In this document: piece by piece, positions 1 through 12,832 of the stretch | How positions within the stretch are numbered: position 1 is the stretch's first letter | Layout of the letters: each line of letters starts with the position of its first letter | NCBI RefSeq assembly: GCF_006345805.1 | Contig: NC_043000.1 | Span: forward strand, 62,744,001 to 62,808,000 | Length of the DNA: 64,000 bases | DNA from: Octopus sinensis | Taxonomy: Eukaryota | Direction of reading: 5' to 3' | Notes under the pieces: model-generated | What the model was told of the DNA's origin: nothing | Seen by the model: the letters and a program-made list of their open reading frames with translations, nothing else | Database searches by the model: none | Position numbers and translations under genes: made by a program

Positions 1-198
1 TTTCAAAACTTCCATGCTTCCTGAGATTCGCCAACACTACACTTGATTTTCTCCCCTCCATACACACACAAGCATGTATCTGACTCATACACTGTTCACT
101 TTCCAGACATTTCTACATTACTGCATGTACTTTATATGCACTTTCTGACAAGTTGTGGTGCACCTGAGCACTGTATACAATAATTTCATTATTATTAT
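1..198 (+). mobile_element. CR1/L2-type LINE 3' end with (ATT)n tail
   Basis: Near-identical to 4190-4385, the 3' UTR of the CR1 copy listed below. Confidence 0.8.
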
Positions 199-216
199 AT
201 TATATATATATATATA

Positions 217-242
<26 letters not shown>

Positions 243-247
<5 letters not shown>

Positions 248-447
248 TACGTACATATAAAAGGGATGACCTGTAAGTGGACAATCTATATTTTGTATCT
301 TTTCATTTGTCTTGCTCTCTTACGTTCTGGCGTTTGCTAAATTTTCTTGAGAACATTTCTTTCTTAGTGGTAAGACCATAGTGGATCTTCTTCTAGCATA
401 ATGGATGTCCACTTACAGGTCATCACTTTTATATGTATGTAATATAA
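243..447. repeat. Inverted repeat (about 45-bp arms), MITE-like
   Basis: catataaaagggatgacctgtaagtggaca and tgtccacttacaggtcatcacttttatatg are reverse complements with 1 mismatch. Confidence 0.65.
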
Positions 448-936
448 TTTTTTCTGAAACTTCAGATTTTAAATATGCTAGACCACTGGTTTTGAATTGA
501 TATTAATCAAATTAATATTCAATTTTTCAACCTTATTATTTTAAATTTATATGTGTGTGTTATACAATTTATCATCATCATCTATCAACTACAACTTGCA
601 CTGGAATTACGCATATCCCAGTCTATCATCAGTGCTTCAACTTCCGCAGTTGTGAACATCAGTTTTCTACTGTTCTGTATTAGCATCTTGAAAGTACACC
701 TATGGTTTATCTTCCCATGAAGCTGATCCCAGATAATGACACTGAATGCCAATAGATTATGTTAGACACACCACTCGTTTGCTTAAAACTATTGGAAATT
801 GAAGTATATTACCAGTCCTATAGATTCATGTATTTTGTAAAACAATAGAAACCTTTAATTTTATTGGCCTCTCTCAAAGACTAAGATGATTTATAATTAT
901 GTAGAACAGCTAAAAAAATATATCTTTTTTTTTTAA

Positions 937-1156
937 CCCTTTAGCATTCAAACCGGCCATATCCGGCCAAAATATTTAACCTGTTTTATATTGAAACTGG
1001 CCAGTTCTCGCCTCTCACCTCAGCCCTACCATGTCATTCTAAAACTAAAAAATAGCATCACTGCAATCTCTAAACTACAAGATAATGCATGATTAATTCA
1101 AAATAATATAAATAAACAAACATCACATTTGAGAGAGTAATCTGAACACTAAAGGG
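937..1156. mobile_element. piggyBac-type MITE family A
   Basis: TTAA on both sides, TIR CCCTTTAG...CTAAAGGG. A second copy lies at 2480-2699. Confidence 0.8.
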
Positions 1157-1503
1157 TTAAATTAAGAACAATACTAGCTTGCTTAGGTTTTAGACTTACT
1201 CCTCTATTCAAATTATTAGTGTGATTTGACAGTAGAGACTGCATTATCCAATACCAGACTACCTCTTTGTTTTGGAGTTACGAAGTAATTGATTGAATGC
1301 TCAATCCGTTGCTCAAATTTAATTGATTTTTCTTTTCTTTTTTTTTTTTTGTTTTTGAAAAGACCATCTTGAGGTAAAAAATTTATAAGATAAAAAAAGA
1401 AAAGCATAGTAGAACTTTTATTAAATGACATTCTTTTAGCTTTTTAATCTGTTGAAATTTTGTTGTGAGAATGTTTCCCTGATAACCTCATACACCACTT
1501 TAA

Positions 1504-1730
1504 TCCTTTCATTACCAACCTGGCTGAAACGGGCTCTGGCTCTGTAGTATAAATGTCTTGTTTTCATAAGTTTTGAATTAAAATCTTCCACTAAACTTTA
1601 GTCACAATTTATGTTCCTAACACTAGCTTAATGATAATGAAGTTATTTTACTAAATTCTTTGTTATATTTTAAAGTAATTGAAAGAAACACAGAGCATCT
1701 AAAAATTAAAAAAATGCAGTAGCGAAAGGG
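1504..1730. mobile_element. piggyBac-type MITE family B
   Basis: TTAA flanks and ...AAAGGG end. Homologous copies at 2894-3102, about 5030-5243 and 18347-18563. Confidence 0.8.
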
Positions 1731-1947
1731 TTAAATATTTTATTCACTCTTTATGGTTACATACTAGCAACAGGTTTTTCTTATAGCAATAAAATATTGA
1801 CCTTTAAGCTGTTGTCTTCCTTGAGAATGTATTGGTGAACAAATTAATCTCCATTTTTAACTAACTGGAACCTAATAAGAAATGATGTTCAGCATACATA
1901 TGTACATAGATAAAATTAGACAAAGTTTATTTTGTTTTGTCTTCTAG

Positions 1948-2052
1948 CTTATGCTTTCTGAATGGTTGGTAGAAGTACCAATTGACTTTGAACAAGAATG
2001 GTCACTTGTGGTATGTCCTGTGGGGAAACGGTGTTTGGTAGTTGCTTCTAAA
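1948..2052 (+). CDS. SNUPN: Snurportin-1 internal coding exon ([35 protein letters not shown])
   Basis: ttctag acceptor and gtaagt donor, 105 nt, phase 0-0. The peptide matches the LMLSEW...VVCPVGKR motif of the snurportin m3G-cap-binding domain. The 5' exons (IBB domain) lie upstream of the window. Confidence 0.95.
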
Positions 2053-2479
2053 GTAAGTAATGTTTCTCTTTCTCAATTCCTTTCATAATTTTAAGCCATA
2101 ATGTTGAAAAGTGCATGTGTTGTACATTTTAGAATTGAATAACCTGATATAGACTTGTAATTCTTGGTAGAGCAGTCCATTTATTTTTAAGCAGTGGTCA
2201 GTAGGGAAATTGCGAAAATAAAGAGTAGTTTGTTACATTACAAAACTTCATCTCTCAGGAATAAAACTGCTATCTTGCCCAGAAGAAAAAGCATCTCTTA
2301 ACTTCATTACTCTTAGTGTTTGGGATTATTTCTTGCCTTAAAAGTTCATTTTTGTTTCCCCTTCTCGTTACTAAAATCATTGAAAAAGTGCATTACTTTC
2401 AGTTGCTAAATAAGGAAAACTTATTCACAATGATTCCTTTAAGACATTAACTTAGATATTTCCATTCCATACAAATTAA

Positions 2480-2699
2480 ACCTTTAGCATTTAAACTAGC
2501 TATGTCTGGCTCTAATATTCTGCCTGTTTTGTGTTCAAACTACCCAGATTCAGCCTCTCTTATCTACCACACAATGTCATTCTTAAAATAAATAATCACA
2601 TCACTGAAATCTTGAAACTACAAGGTAATACATGATTAATTCAAAACAATGTGAATAAATAAGCATTATATTTGAAAGAGTAATCTAAACGCTAAAGGG
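2480..2699. mobile_element. piggyBac-type MITE family A (diverged)
   Basis: Colinear with 937-1156. Confidence 0.75.
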
Positions 2700-2893
2700 C
2701 TAAATTATCTTATACAAATCAAGCTTAAATCTATTAAGAGTTATTTTAATTGGAAATTACACCTAAACATAACTCTTTAGTAACTTTTACAACAGGCAAA
2801 TTTTAGGACAAAACCTTTCTTTCTTCATTGTCCACTTTAAAAAATGTGTTTATTGCATCATCGAAGGTCTGGTGTCCACTAGTGATATCTTAA

Positions 2894-3102
2894 CCCTTTT
2901 CATACCAGTCAGCCTGAGACTGCCTCTGATTCTGTGATACAAACTTCTTGTTTTAATGTGAACTAAATTAAAACCTTCCATCAAAATTTCATGTTAATTC
3001 ATGTTCCAAACACCAAATTACTAATGACAAAGTTATTTTACTCATTATTTTCAAACTTAACTGAAATCAGTGTATTTCAGTAGAAATATGATAACAACAG
3101 GA
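2894..3102. mobile_element. piggyBac-type MITE family B (diverged)
   Basis: TTAA-CCCTTT start and homology to 1504-1730. Confidence 0.7.
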
Positions 3103-3177
3103 TTAAAGGTGTTATGTAGAAAAATCATTTGGTATAATTTATATTCAATGAGGTTTACTCTATTATTTTCACTTCAG

Positions 3178-3274
3178 GGATCCACAACAGTTTATACTAA
3201 AAATGGTTATTTAGTGAATAGATTTCCTTCAATGTTTCCTGGTGGTAACAGAGATCATGGATCTTATCATGAAG
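3178..3274 (+). CDS. SNUPN: Snurportin-1 exon ([32 protein letters not shown])
   Basis: ttcag/gtaaac boundaries, phase 0-1. Matches the snurportin 'GST..YTKSG..VNRF.S.LPGGNR' motif. Confidence 0.93.
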
Positions 3275-3489
3275 GTAAACACTTCCTTTCAGCATGTGTT
3301 GATGCGTAAATATATTTAAAAATTGCTGGAACAAATATTTTTTTTTTTAATTTAATTTTATTTATTTATTTTTTTTTTTTTGACCTTGCAGTATGATTAT
3401 TTTCCTGTTAATATTTAACCCAGAACTTCTTGGTGTGCAGAACTCTGTAAGAATGAGATATAGAAGATGGACTATGTTTAGCCTGGAGG

Positions 3490-3645
3490 AGCACCTTTTC
3501 AAACTCCACCTGTCTAACACCCATGGACATGTTTACAAAGTCAGAAAACAGCACAGCTCCCATGACATTCAGAAACATTTTTTTCATGCTAAGAGTTGCT
3601 GAAGTATGGAACAAACTGCCGGCATCAGTTATTATTATTATTATT
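3490..3645 (+). mobile_element. CR1/L2 LINE ORF2 C-terminal fragment
   Basis: Encodes FKLHLSNTHGHVYKV...FF..RVAEVWNKLP (with a frameshift), the typical CR1 C-terminal 'TRGH..K...FF..RV...WN.LP' motif. Confidence 0.8.
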
Positions 3646-4029
3646 AATATACAGTTAACATGTTGAAGAGGGAAAATGCTTTTTCATTTGTGGTAGAAGA
3701 CCTAACACAATGAGTAGCTGTTGTTGTTGCTTATGTCCTAGTCATTTCTAATCAAGCAGACATGTGATCAAAACATTACTGCCATGACTCTTTCATTTTA
3801 TTTTCAGCTGTAATGTACCTAAGACTATGCTATCTAATGTCCTTTGAAGACGGTAAAGTGTAGTTTTAGGAGAATTTGCTTGTTATTTCTGGCATGTTCA
3901 ACAACTCTTGTAGAAGTTTGGCTCCCTCTTTTGCCCTTAAAAGTGGGTTATAGAGTTGTTGGTGAGTGAAATGATAAATGGTCGGATATAACCAATTATT
4001 AACCATCTTACTAACAATAACTCTGAGTA

Positions 4030-4386
4030 CCTTTTCAAACTCCACCTGTCTAACACCTGTGGACATGTTTACAAAGTCAGAAAACAGCACAGCTCCCATG
4101 ACTTTCGGGAACATTTTTTCACACTAAGAGTTGCTGAAGTATGGAACAAACTGCCGGCAACAGTTGTTAGTTGTCAGAGCACTGCATCCTTCAAAACTTC
4201 CATGCTTCCTGAGATTCGCCAATACTACACCTGATTTTCTCCCTTCCATACACAGGCATGCATGTATCTGACTCATACACTGTTCACTCCCCAGATATTT
4301 GTACATTACTGCATATGCTTTATATGCACTTTTGACAAGTTGTGATGCACCTGAACACTATACAATAATTTCATTATTATTATTAT
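4030..4386 (+). mobile_element. 5'-truncated CR1/L2 LINE with 3' UTR and (ATT)n tail
   Basis: Encodes FFTLRVAEVWNKLPATVVSCQSTASFK, followed by the UTR shared with 1-198. Confidence 0.85.
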
Positions 4387-4444
4387 TTATAATCTAGATT
4401 GGGTGTGTTAATTCTATGAAATAATAAAATAGTTTTTTATATAT

Positions 4445-4563
4445 GGTTCTGGGTTCAGTCCTGCTGCATGACACCTTGGGCAAGTGTCTTTTACTATAGC
4501 CTTGGGCTGACCAAAACCTTGTGATGGAAGATGGAAACTAAAAGAAGCCCATTGTATATAATG

Positions 4564-4600
<37 letters not shown>

Positions 4601-4812
4601 CTTTGTGTCATTGTTTGTCCCTCACCACTGTTTGACAACTGGTGTTGGTATGATTACATACCCATAATTTAGCAGTTTGGCAAAAGAGACCAATACAATA
4701 AGTGCCAGTCTTAGAAAAGTAAATAAATGCAGGGGTCAATTCATTCATCTAAAATTCTTCAAGATGGTGCCCCAGCTTGGCCACAGTCTAATGACTGAAA
4801 CAAGTAAAAGAT
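4445..4812 (+). mobile_element. tRNA-derived SINE with an internal microsatellite
   Basis: 'accttgggcaagtgtc...gactgaaacaagtaaaaga'. Homologous to 55388-55702 and to minus-strand copies at about 7940-8095, 11590-11975 and 35960-36085. Confidence 0.75.
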
Positions 4813-5400
4813 GTAATTAATGATATTAAGTGTATGCATCAACTTGAGTTTAAAAAATTTCAGCAAGTCCTGTCTAATACCATCCTGTAGTTCATTACTG
4901 TTAAGGTTGTGACCCTACTAATACGTTTATAAAACTTTCATGCTAACATCAGTTCTTGTACTGACATTGTGATGATAAATTTGTGTTTCTGTAATTCTCT
5001 TTGGTACCATGAGATAATGCTGTCTTTAATAATTTTGATATGTATCTGCCTGAGACTGTCCTTCGTTGTTTGATACAAACTTTTGTTTTAATATGGTTTA
5101 AATTAAAATCTTCTATCAAAATTTAATGTTAATTTATCTTCCAAACACCAACTTAATAATGACAAAATTATTTTACTAAATTTTTCATAATTCTCAAGAG
5201 AATGATGGTGTTTTTCAATAGGAATATAGTAACAAATGGGTTTAATACATACCATAAATGAAACTTTTATTTTACTTTGTTGGTTAAATTAATCTTCCAA
5301 CCAACATAAAGCTACGCATTTCACTTTTATTGCTTTTTATCTCATTCTAGTTATTTTTTACTTTTAAGAATTATACTATACTATTTCATCTGTATTTCAG

Positions 5401-5498
5401 CTGGTACCATACTTGACTGTATATGTAATGAAGCAGAAAATGTTTACTATATCCTTGATGTTATGTGCTGGAATGGTCACCCAATGTATGACACAGAG
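5401..5498 (+). CDS. SNUPN: Snurportin-1 exon ([33 protein letters not shown])
   Basis: tttcag/gtaaga boundaries, phase 1-0. Contains the TILDCI...YY.LDVMCW.GHP.YD motif. Confidence 0.95.
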
Positions 5499-5649
5499 GT
5501 AAGATGATACTCTTTGCTCTATTCTCATACACTGAAAATTTCTCCACATGAATAAAGAAAAAATAGTAAACATTTGTTTTGTAGTAGAGTTTACTGTTTT
5601 ATAATGTCTTTTCAGTACATCTTGAATTTAAACTATGTAAATAGACTAA

Positions 5650-5990
5650 AGGGTAAAGACTCCTCTTTTGTCATGAATGATCATGGGGTTGCACCTAGAA
5701 AGTTACCCTTTGAGGCACAAATCTGGGCAAGATTGTTTATGGAAGACCAGTAGTTGCCAATGCATACCAGCTTCCCCTCTCCATACCACTTATGTTATCC
5801 AAGGGAAAGACAAAAGCTGATACAGTTTGATGCTAGTGACGTCGCAACTCATTTCTACAGCTGAGTGAACTAGAGCAATGCGAAATAAAGTGTCTTGCTC
5901 AAAAACACAACACACAACCTGGTCTGGAAATCGAACTCACTTCCTCATGAGTGTGAACCCAATGCTATAACCACTGAGCCATGTGCCTTT
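5650..5990 (-). mobile_element. tRNA-derived SINE
   Basis: The reverse strand begins ggcacatggctcagtggttatagc...gagttcgatttcc (A and B box-like), followed by a core 'ttgagcaagacactt'. Confidence 0.7.
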
Positions 5991-6336
5991 GCTGTGTAGT
6001 AAATATACTACACAGCAAATAAATCATGTGGTGAAGTAATATTTAGTTTTGAAATAGAGTAATTTTAGAGTTAAACCTCAAGTTGAGGACAAAAAATTTA
6101 CTTGACAACGAATGACTGAAATTTTATTACATACTTGGATATGAAACATGAGATTTTTAGTGATACTGGTATCATTTGAAAAGGCATGTGAAGATCTAAC
6201 TTGGAATTAAAATTAGCTCACTGGCCTGAATTTCTAAAAGTTTATCTCTAGTCTACATGATTTCTAGCCAATTATGCAGATAAATGGTCGGATATAACCA
6301 ATTATTAACCATCTTACTAACAATAACTCTGAGTAC

Positions 6337-6506
6337 CTTTTCAAACTCCACCTGTCTAACACCTGTGGACATGTTTACAAAGTCAGAAAACAGCACAGCT
6401 CCCATGACTTTCGGGAACATTTTTTCACACTAAGAGTTGCTGAAGTATGGAACAAACTGCCGGCAACAGTTGTTAGTTGTCAGAGCACTGCATCCTTCAA
6501 AACTTC
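6337..6506 (+). mobile_element. CR1 fragment flanked by a 118-bp direct repeat
   Basis: Identical to 4031-4200. The flanks 6218-6335 and 6505-6622 are identical. Confidence 0.8.
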
Positions 6507-7652
6507 ACTGGCCTGAATTTCTAAAAGTTTATCTCTAGTCTACATGATTTCTAGCCAATTATGCAGATAAATGGTCGGATATAACCAATTATTAACCATC
6601 TTACTAACAATAACTCTGAGTAGCTTTTCAATAATTTTAACTGTCTTTTGAGGTTGTGCCAGTGCCATGTAAAAGCACCCAGTACATTCTGTAAAGTTGG
6701 TATTAGAAAGGGCATCCAGCTGTAGAAACTTTGCCAAAACAGACAATTGGAGCCTGGTCAGCTCCTGTCAAATCGTTCAACCCATGCCAGCATGGAAAAC
6801 AGGCACTAAATGATGATGACTAGCTGCTGTTTTGGCCACAATAGAATAATATTTTACCACCAATCCAATAATAGAGCTTCTATTTAGGAACCAAATTTGT
6901 CATACAAGGTGCTCAAAGGGATATTATTAGAACTCTGTGAGATCTAGGTTCGATTCCACAGCATGGTGCATTGAGTGTTCTATCATAGTTTCAAGCTAAC
7001 CTTTCCTGTGAAAATCAGTTATAAATTATGCAAGAGCCTTACAGACTGTCAGAATGATGTGGACACCTGATGAGAACCCAGTAAGGTTCAAAAATCGATT
7101 AAGGTTGTTTGTTTATTTTTTAACGGTGGTGCATCAGCATGGTCACAGCTCTGAGCAGAAACTACAGAAAAAAATATGTATGCATGTATGTGGATATCTT
7201 TTGCTAATATATATTGGCAAAGGATGTAAACATTAACAAATAAACTAAAAAACTACTACTCTTCAGACACAATGTTTTTTTCTGCACCAAGTTATAAGCA
7301 TTCATTTAATACACTTACTATCAGAAATGTAGTGAAAATGTAACCAACAAAACTTGTTTACTTATGCAATATATAAGCACCCAACTGATTGCCAGATGAA
7401 AAGAGGGGACACATTTTAAATTTAAGATAGCATGTATACATCATCATCATCATTTTCATGTTCACTTTTTCATGCTTTCATGGGATGGATGAAGTATATT
7501 GTAGCAAACTTTGTACAGCTTGATGTCCTTCCTGTTACCAACACTTACAAAGTATAAAAATATTTCCCCATGGCCAGATTTGTTTTTGCAGAATGCTGGA
7601 GAAGAATGACATTCATTTACAATAGTTACACAATGTCAAGACGATGAGATGA

Positions 7653-7866
7653 ACACACACATGCTCACACACACACACACACACACACATACTTTATGAT
7701 GTGTGTGTGTGTGTATTTTGTGGCCGATGCCAGTATTGCTTAACTATATATATGTGTGTGTGTATGTGTATATACATATATATGTGTGTGTGTATATACA
7801 TATATGTGTGTGTGTGTGTGTATATACATATATGTGTGTGTATGTGTATATACATATATGTGTGTG

Positions 7867-7932
<66 letters not shown>

Positions 7933-7938
7933 TACACA
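7653..7938. repeat. Compound CA/TG/TA microsatellite
   Basis: Direct inspection. Confidence 0.95.
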
Positions 7939-8563
7939 TGGCTGACTTCTTTCAGTTTCACTTTCCCAGATCCACTTACAAGGCTTTGGTCAGACGAGGG
8001 CTATAGTCAAAGACATTGACCCAAGTTGTTATACAGTGGGACTGAACACAGAACATTGTGGTTAAGAAGCAAATTTCTTAAGCACACAACCACAACAAGT
8101 TCTGACACCTGATTAAATTCAACCTAGCAATCTGAATATCTAATATCTATGGCGCTAATTCTTCTCAGTGTTTTATGAGCCTACTTAAATTGAGCAGGAT
8201 TATTCAACAACACTAAGCTGCTATTGTAGTTTCCTTGATATGTCTTCTTCCACAGTAGTGATTGAAACATTGTAACACATAGTTTAACATTTTTCACACA
8301 ATATAATTTCACATTTTCCACAGTACAGTTTAACATTAACCCCATAGTACAGTTCAGTTAAATAAAACTTTTGAACATGGTCTATTTTGTATCTGAAATT
8401 ATTCAAGTCCCTCTTGAAAAATATATTAGTAGTTGGTGTTAAAAGTATCTTCATTAATTAGATTTATTACATAAATCGATTATTGTATTACTTCTGCTAA
8501 TTGTTTACTGATGTGTATAAATAGTTTTTTTTATTATTTCCATCATTTCATTTTGTTCTTCAG

Positions 8564-8641
8564 ACAGAATTTCGATTTTATTGGTTGCATATGAAGTATA
8601 ATGAAAGTCCAGAGCATTTTGCTAAACATGATAAATCAAAG
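8564..8641 (+). CDS. SNUPN: Snurportin-1 exon (TEFRFYWLHMKYNESPEHFAKHDKSK)
   Basis: cttcag/gtaact boundaries, 78 nt, phase 0-0. Contains the T.FRFYW motif. Confidence 0.93.
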
Positions 8642-9152
8642 GTAACTTAGCTGCGACTAAAGTTTTTTGTTTTTCTTCACTTCTATTTGGAACTAATTTT
8701 TTTACTTCAATTTGGAACTTCTCCATATTTTTATATTTTTGTTGATTCATTCCACAAAATAACAGAACAGTAAATGTAGGTTTTTAACCCCGGGTCAATC
8801 CTACTGGAACAGATCTATGATCAGACATTCTGATTGTGACCATTTTATTTTTTCTTTCAAGATTAGTGTATCCAGCACTATGCCATTTAGTACCTCCTTC
8901 CAATTTTTTCTAAGATTTGATGTAATTTTCTGGGAAATTTGGCTGTTATTTCTAGTAGATTGAATGACTATTTAAAGCAGGCATGGACTTTCTTGGGAAA
9001 CAGGCTGCATGGGGCATGGCTCATCATCAGGTGGGTCATACTTCTAAAAACATTCAAAGTAATATTTAGTCCCAGAAAGTCTCACAAGTCACAGTTTGCC
9101 CAGTAAATTGTCTCTCTTGGTCAGTTTATAACTGTGACACCACCACATACGT

Positions 9153-9422
9153 CAGTGCTACTCAAAGTGGTGGTTCGCAAGCCATCAGCTACCGGTACAC
9201 AGTGAGTTTCCAGAAAAGAAAGAAACATTATAAAATGCCTATGTAATAATGTATTATTTGTTTACAAAATAAATACAAGATAAAAAAAAATTGTCAAATT
9301 TTATTATATTCATTATATATATTGTTTCCAGTATGAATTAATATTACTAAGAAATATTACTGGTCCCTGGCACATTGAAAAAAAAACTGCCAGTACACCA
9401 TCAGATAGTTTGAGAAGCATTG
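9153..9422. mobile_element. hAT-type MITE
   Basis: TIRs CAGTGCTACTCAAA / TTTGAGAAGCATTG (12 of 14 match). No intact TSD. Confidence 0.65.
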
Positions 9423-10480
9423 ATGAAACAGGTGTTTGGTGTACAATTTTTTAAAATTAGAAATCACCTTTTGGTCCATGGGCTGCAAGATAGGGGTGGT
9501 GTTGCATGAAGGGGACAGAACTTTTATGAATTTAAATTCATGAAGGATATCTTTGAGGATAAGAGGGTGAGCAGGAATATTGTTGAGGACAAGGAGGGCC
9601 TTAAGAGGAGACTATTCTCCAGAAGCTACTTTTTCACTGCTGGCCTGAAAACGAAGTTGACCCACTCAGAGAAGAATTACCTGGTGACCCAGGCTTTAAC
9701 GCTTGCCCTCCACATGACCTGCAGCTTCTCCTTCAGGATTTTGTGTGACTTGAATGCTCACGGGTTTTCAGAATGGTAGACAAGGAGTGGCTTAATCTTC
9801 CAAGTCTCCACTCAAACTGGCACAGAGAGCAAGAGTTAGCCTGTCTTTCATAGGCTTGTGACCTGGCATTTTCTTCTCCATTGCAGTTATGTAGGTTCTT
9901 CTGGGCATATTTATCCAAAAAAGGCCAGTTTCATCACAGTTCAATACCTGTTGTGCGATGTATCCCTCGGCTGCAATGAGCTGACGGAATTCACACATGA
10001 AATCTTCAGCTGCCTTCATGTCACAACTCACTGCTTCTCCATACCTGACAATACTATGAACACCAGTCCTCTCTTTGAAATTATCAAACCAGCCACGACT
10101 GGCCTTAAATGCGTCTGCTGATGTCTCCTCCATTGATCTTCCAGGGTTCTGCTTCAGGAGATTCCCATACAGCACTTGTGCTTTCTTGCAGATGATGGTC
10201 TCTATAATTGTATCCCCTGCGAGTTGCTTCTCCTTGATCCACAGGAGAAGCAATTTTTCCATCCTTTCATGAACAGATGTGTATTGCTTAGAGAGCTGGA
10301 GACAACCTTTGCTATTGTAACAGCCTTGATCTCGTCCTTTTTTCAGATCGTCATCATCCTTCGGTCATACTGACATGCTGTGTCAACTACATGCACTCCT
10401 CTCTCATGTTTATCTGTGACTTCCTTCATAATCAGCTTTTTCTTCTCAGCACTGTTCTTTGCACTGACCTTAGGATTTAA
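9423..10480 (-). mobile_element. Degenerate Tigger/pogo transposase (TIGD1-like)
   Basis: ORF 9792-10262 has the CENP-B HTH (MEKLLLLWI...FKASRGWF) and NCDETGLFW...KDRLTL. It continues across frameshifts to TTPILQPMDQKVI. Confidence 0.9.
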
Positions 10481-11169
10481 GTTTTACCTGATAAGGTAAA
10501 AGACTAGAGAGTGTTTATGACTTGGTAGATAGTGGTTCTTTGGTGGAAGACAAAAATAAACAAAGAAATAAAAAAACAAGTGTATGCCTTGAATAATGTC
10601 TCATGGTGGAAAGGCTTGAACTTTTCTCCTTGTATTTTTCTCTTTCCATGACTAATGTTCAAAACTTTAAGCAGCAGCACACTCTTATTTCTTCTGTACA
10701 TTGCACAACTGAAGACTATTCTCTTTGTCTTCTTATTTGTTTTATTCCCAATACATTTTCACTGATGCAGGTATGTAGATTATTGAATTACACCCAGTAT
10801 GGACAACAGTGGATCTAATATTATTAATTATAGCATCACTATATGAATTGAAAAACTTAAAGGGAATGTCTGCACATTGGTTTCTCAATTAGCTAATAGT
10901 TTAATTACAAAAAAGTTTCTAGATTACTATAAAAGTTTTGAATGACTGGCTGTTGTTGACTTTTGACCAGATTGTTGCAAGTTAAAAAGTCTACTCTTTC
11001 TATGACAATTATGTTATATCTCTGGTCTAGGTATATAATATTGCTTCACTGGCAGTTCAAGTTCCACCCTTACTTCAGTGTATAGTTAATTTTGACTTCT
11101 GGTGTTTTTATTGATTGTAAATTTTGAGATATGTTAATTTGCATAATTTATCATGTCTATATTTTACAG

Positions 11170-11247
11170 TATTCCTTTGTGCCATTACCAAATTTTCCCT
11201 GTAACAAAGATGATATTTCAAATTCACTTCATTCAGCAAATTTTTCA
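11170..11247 (+). CDS. SNUPN: Snurportin-1 exon (YSFVPLPNFPCNKDDISNSLHSANFS)
   Basis: ttacag/gtaagt boundaries, 78 nt, phase 0-0. Resembles the 'F.FV.L.NFPC' segment. Confidence 0.88.
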
Positions 11248-11812
11248 GTAAGTTTGTTCTTACTTACCCTTTATAATTTGTTATTTTACAAAATTTTAAG
11301 TGGTTCTGATTTTGTTAACGTTATTGAAGGTCGAAATTCTCAAATGTATTTAGCTTTAACTATTATTTTCGAAAGGCCATGTAAATATTATGAAATTTAT
11401 GCCCCTTCTAGTTTGTAACAGCTGAGAAAAAAAATTTGCATTGAAAAGAAAGTAAATAAAAATTGATTTAATGGCAGGAAATGTTTTGCAATATTTAACT
11501 GCTTCAATATGAAATAAAGTCAAAATATTCAGATTGTAGAAAGAAAAATGTTAACTAGTTTGATTTACTTTTGTTTTTATCTTCTATCTTTATTTGTTTC
11601 AGTCATTAGACTGTGGCCATGCTGGGGCTCTACCTTGGAGAATTTTTCAGTTGAATGAAATTAATGCCAGTACTTATTTTTTTAAAGCCTGTTACTTATC
11701 TATTGGTCTCTTTTGTTGAAACACAAAGTTATGGGAATGTAAACACACTAGTACACTATTACCAGTTATCAAACTGTAGTGGTGGGGAAACAGAGACATA
11801 CAAAAATAGATA

Positions 11813-11848
<36 letters not shown>

Positions 11849-12832
11849 GCACACACACATGACCGGTTTCTTTCAGTTTCCGTTTGCCAGGCTATAGTAG
11901 AAGACACTTGCCCATAGTACCATACAGTGGGACTGAACCCAGAACTATGCGGTTGGGAAGCAATATTCTTCAAAAACTGTCTTTCAGAACATAAACTAAC
12001 TCATTGCAGGTTGATTTGTACTTTCATTTTAGTTTTCCCATTCTTAAATCCATCTTCTGATTTACTGAAATTACTGTGGTCTTAAATTTTTTTATTGTAA
12101 TCCACAAGCTAAAAAGTCTATAGTTTGTTCATAGGAGATGCATTTATCTTTCAATATTTCAGTTTCGAAAGAAGGTTCATTTATTACTGTTTCTCACAGA
12201 GACATTCTATCATTCCATAATAGAAGGTTTTCTTATCATCCAGTACTGAATATAGATTTCAAAATCTAACTATACAACTGAATTGCTGTATTCATAATTG
12301 TGAAAAAGGACTTTATAAAATCCTTTGAATTTTGTGTAGGCCTGGTATATTTTAGTTCCAGGTATTCTCTTTAAACTTACTGGAGCCAATTTTTAACCTT
12401 TACATATGAATGATACTTCTTGCTAAATGATATTGATTAATGGTCATGTTGAACCTATTTATTTGTATCATGCATGAGAGTATTCAAATATCAGTTGTCA
12501 CAAATAGACTCTAAACTATTCCAGTGAGATCCCTTTTGAATTTCTAAATGAAGACAAAGCTTTCTGGTGGTACAGTAAATAAATACTGTGAGTAGGTAAC
12601 ATTCATTGCTAAATGTTGTGGGAAGATTAATTAAAAATAATTAGTTGCATTGATCAGTTGAAACCTTTGTATTGTTATAAACCATCAAGTTCTCACTCTG
12701 CAGCCCTTTTTCAAATTTATCATCACCAGCTGTATTGTTAAAGCTAATTCAATGAATGAACTGGTTTCCTTTGAATTTTTGTTTATATCACAATTCAATC
12801 ATCGATTTATTTTTCCTACTTAATATTTTCAG

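Noticed and set aside
7694-8019. ORFs rich in YI/CV/HT (also about 22433-22994, 24181-24582, 39948-40316, 43778-44075, 45412-45841, 60740-61394)
   Set aside because: These are translations of microsatellites, not genes.
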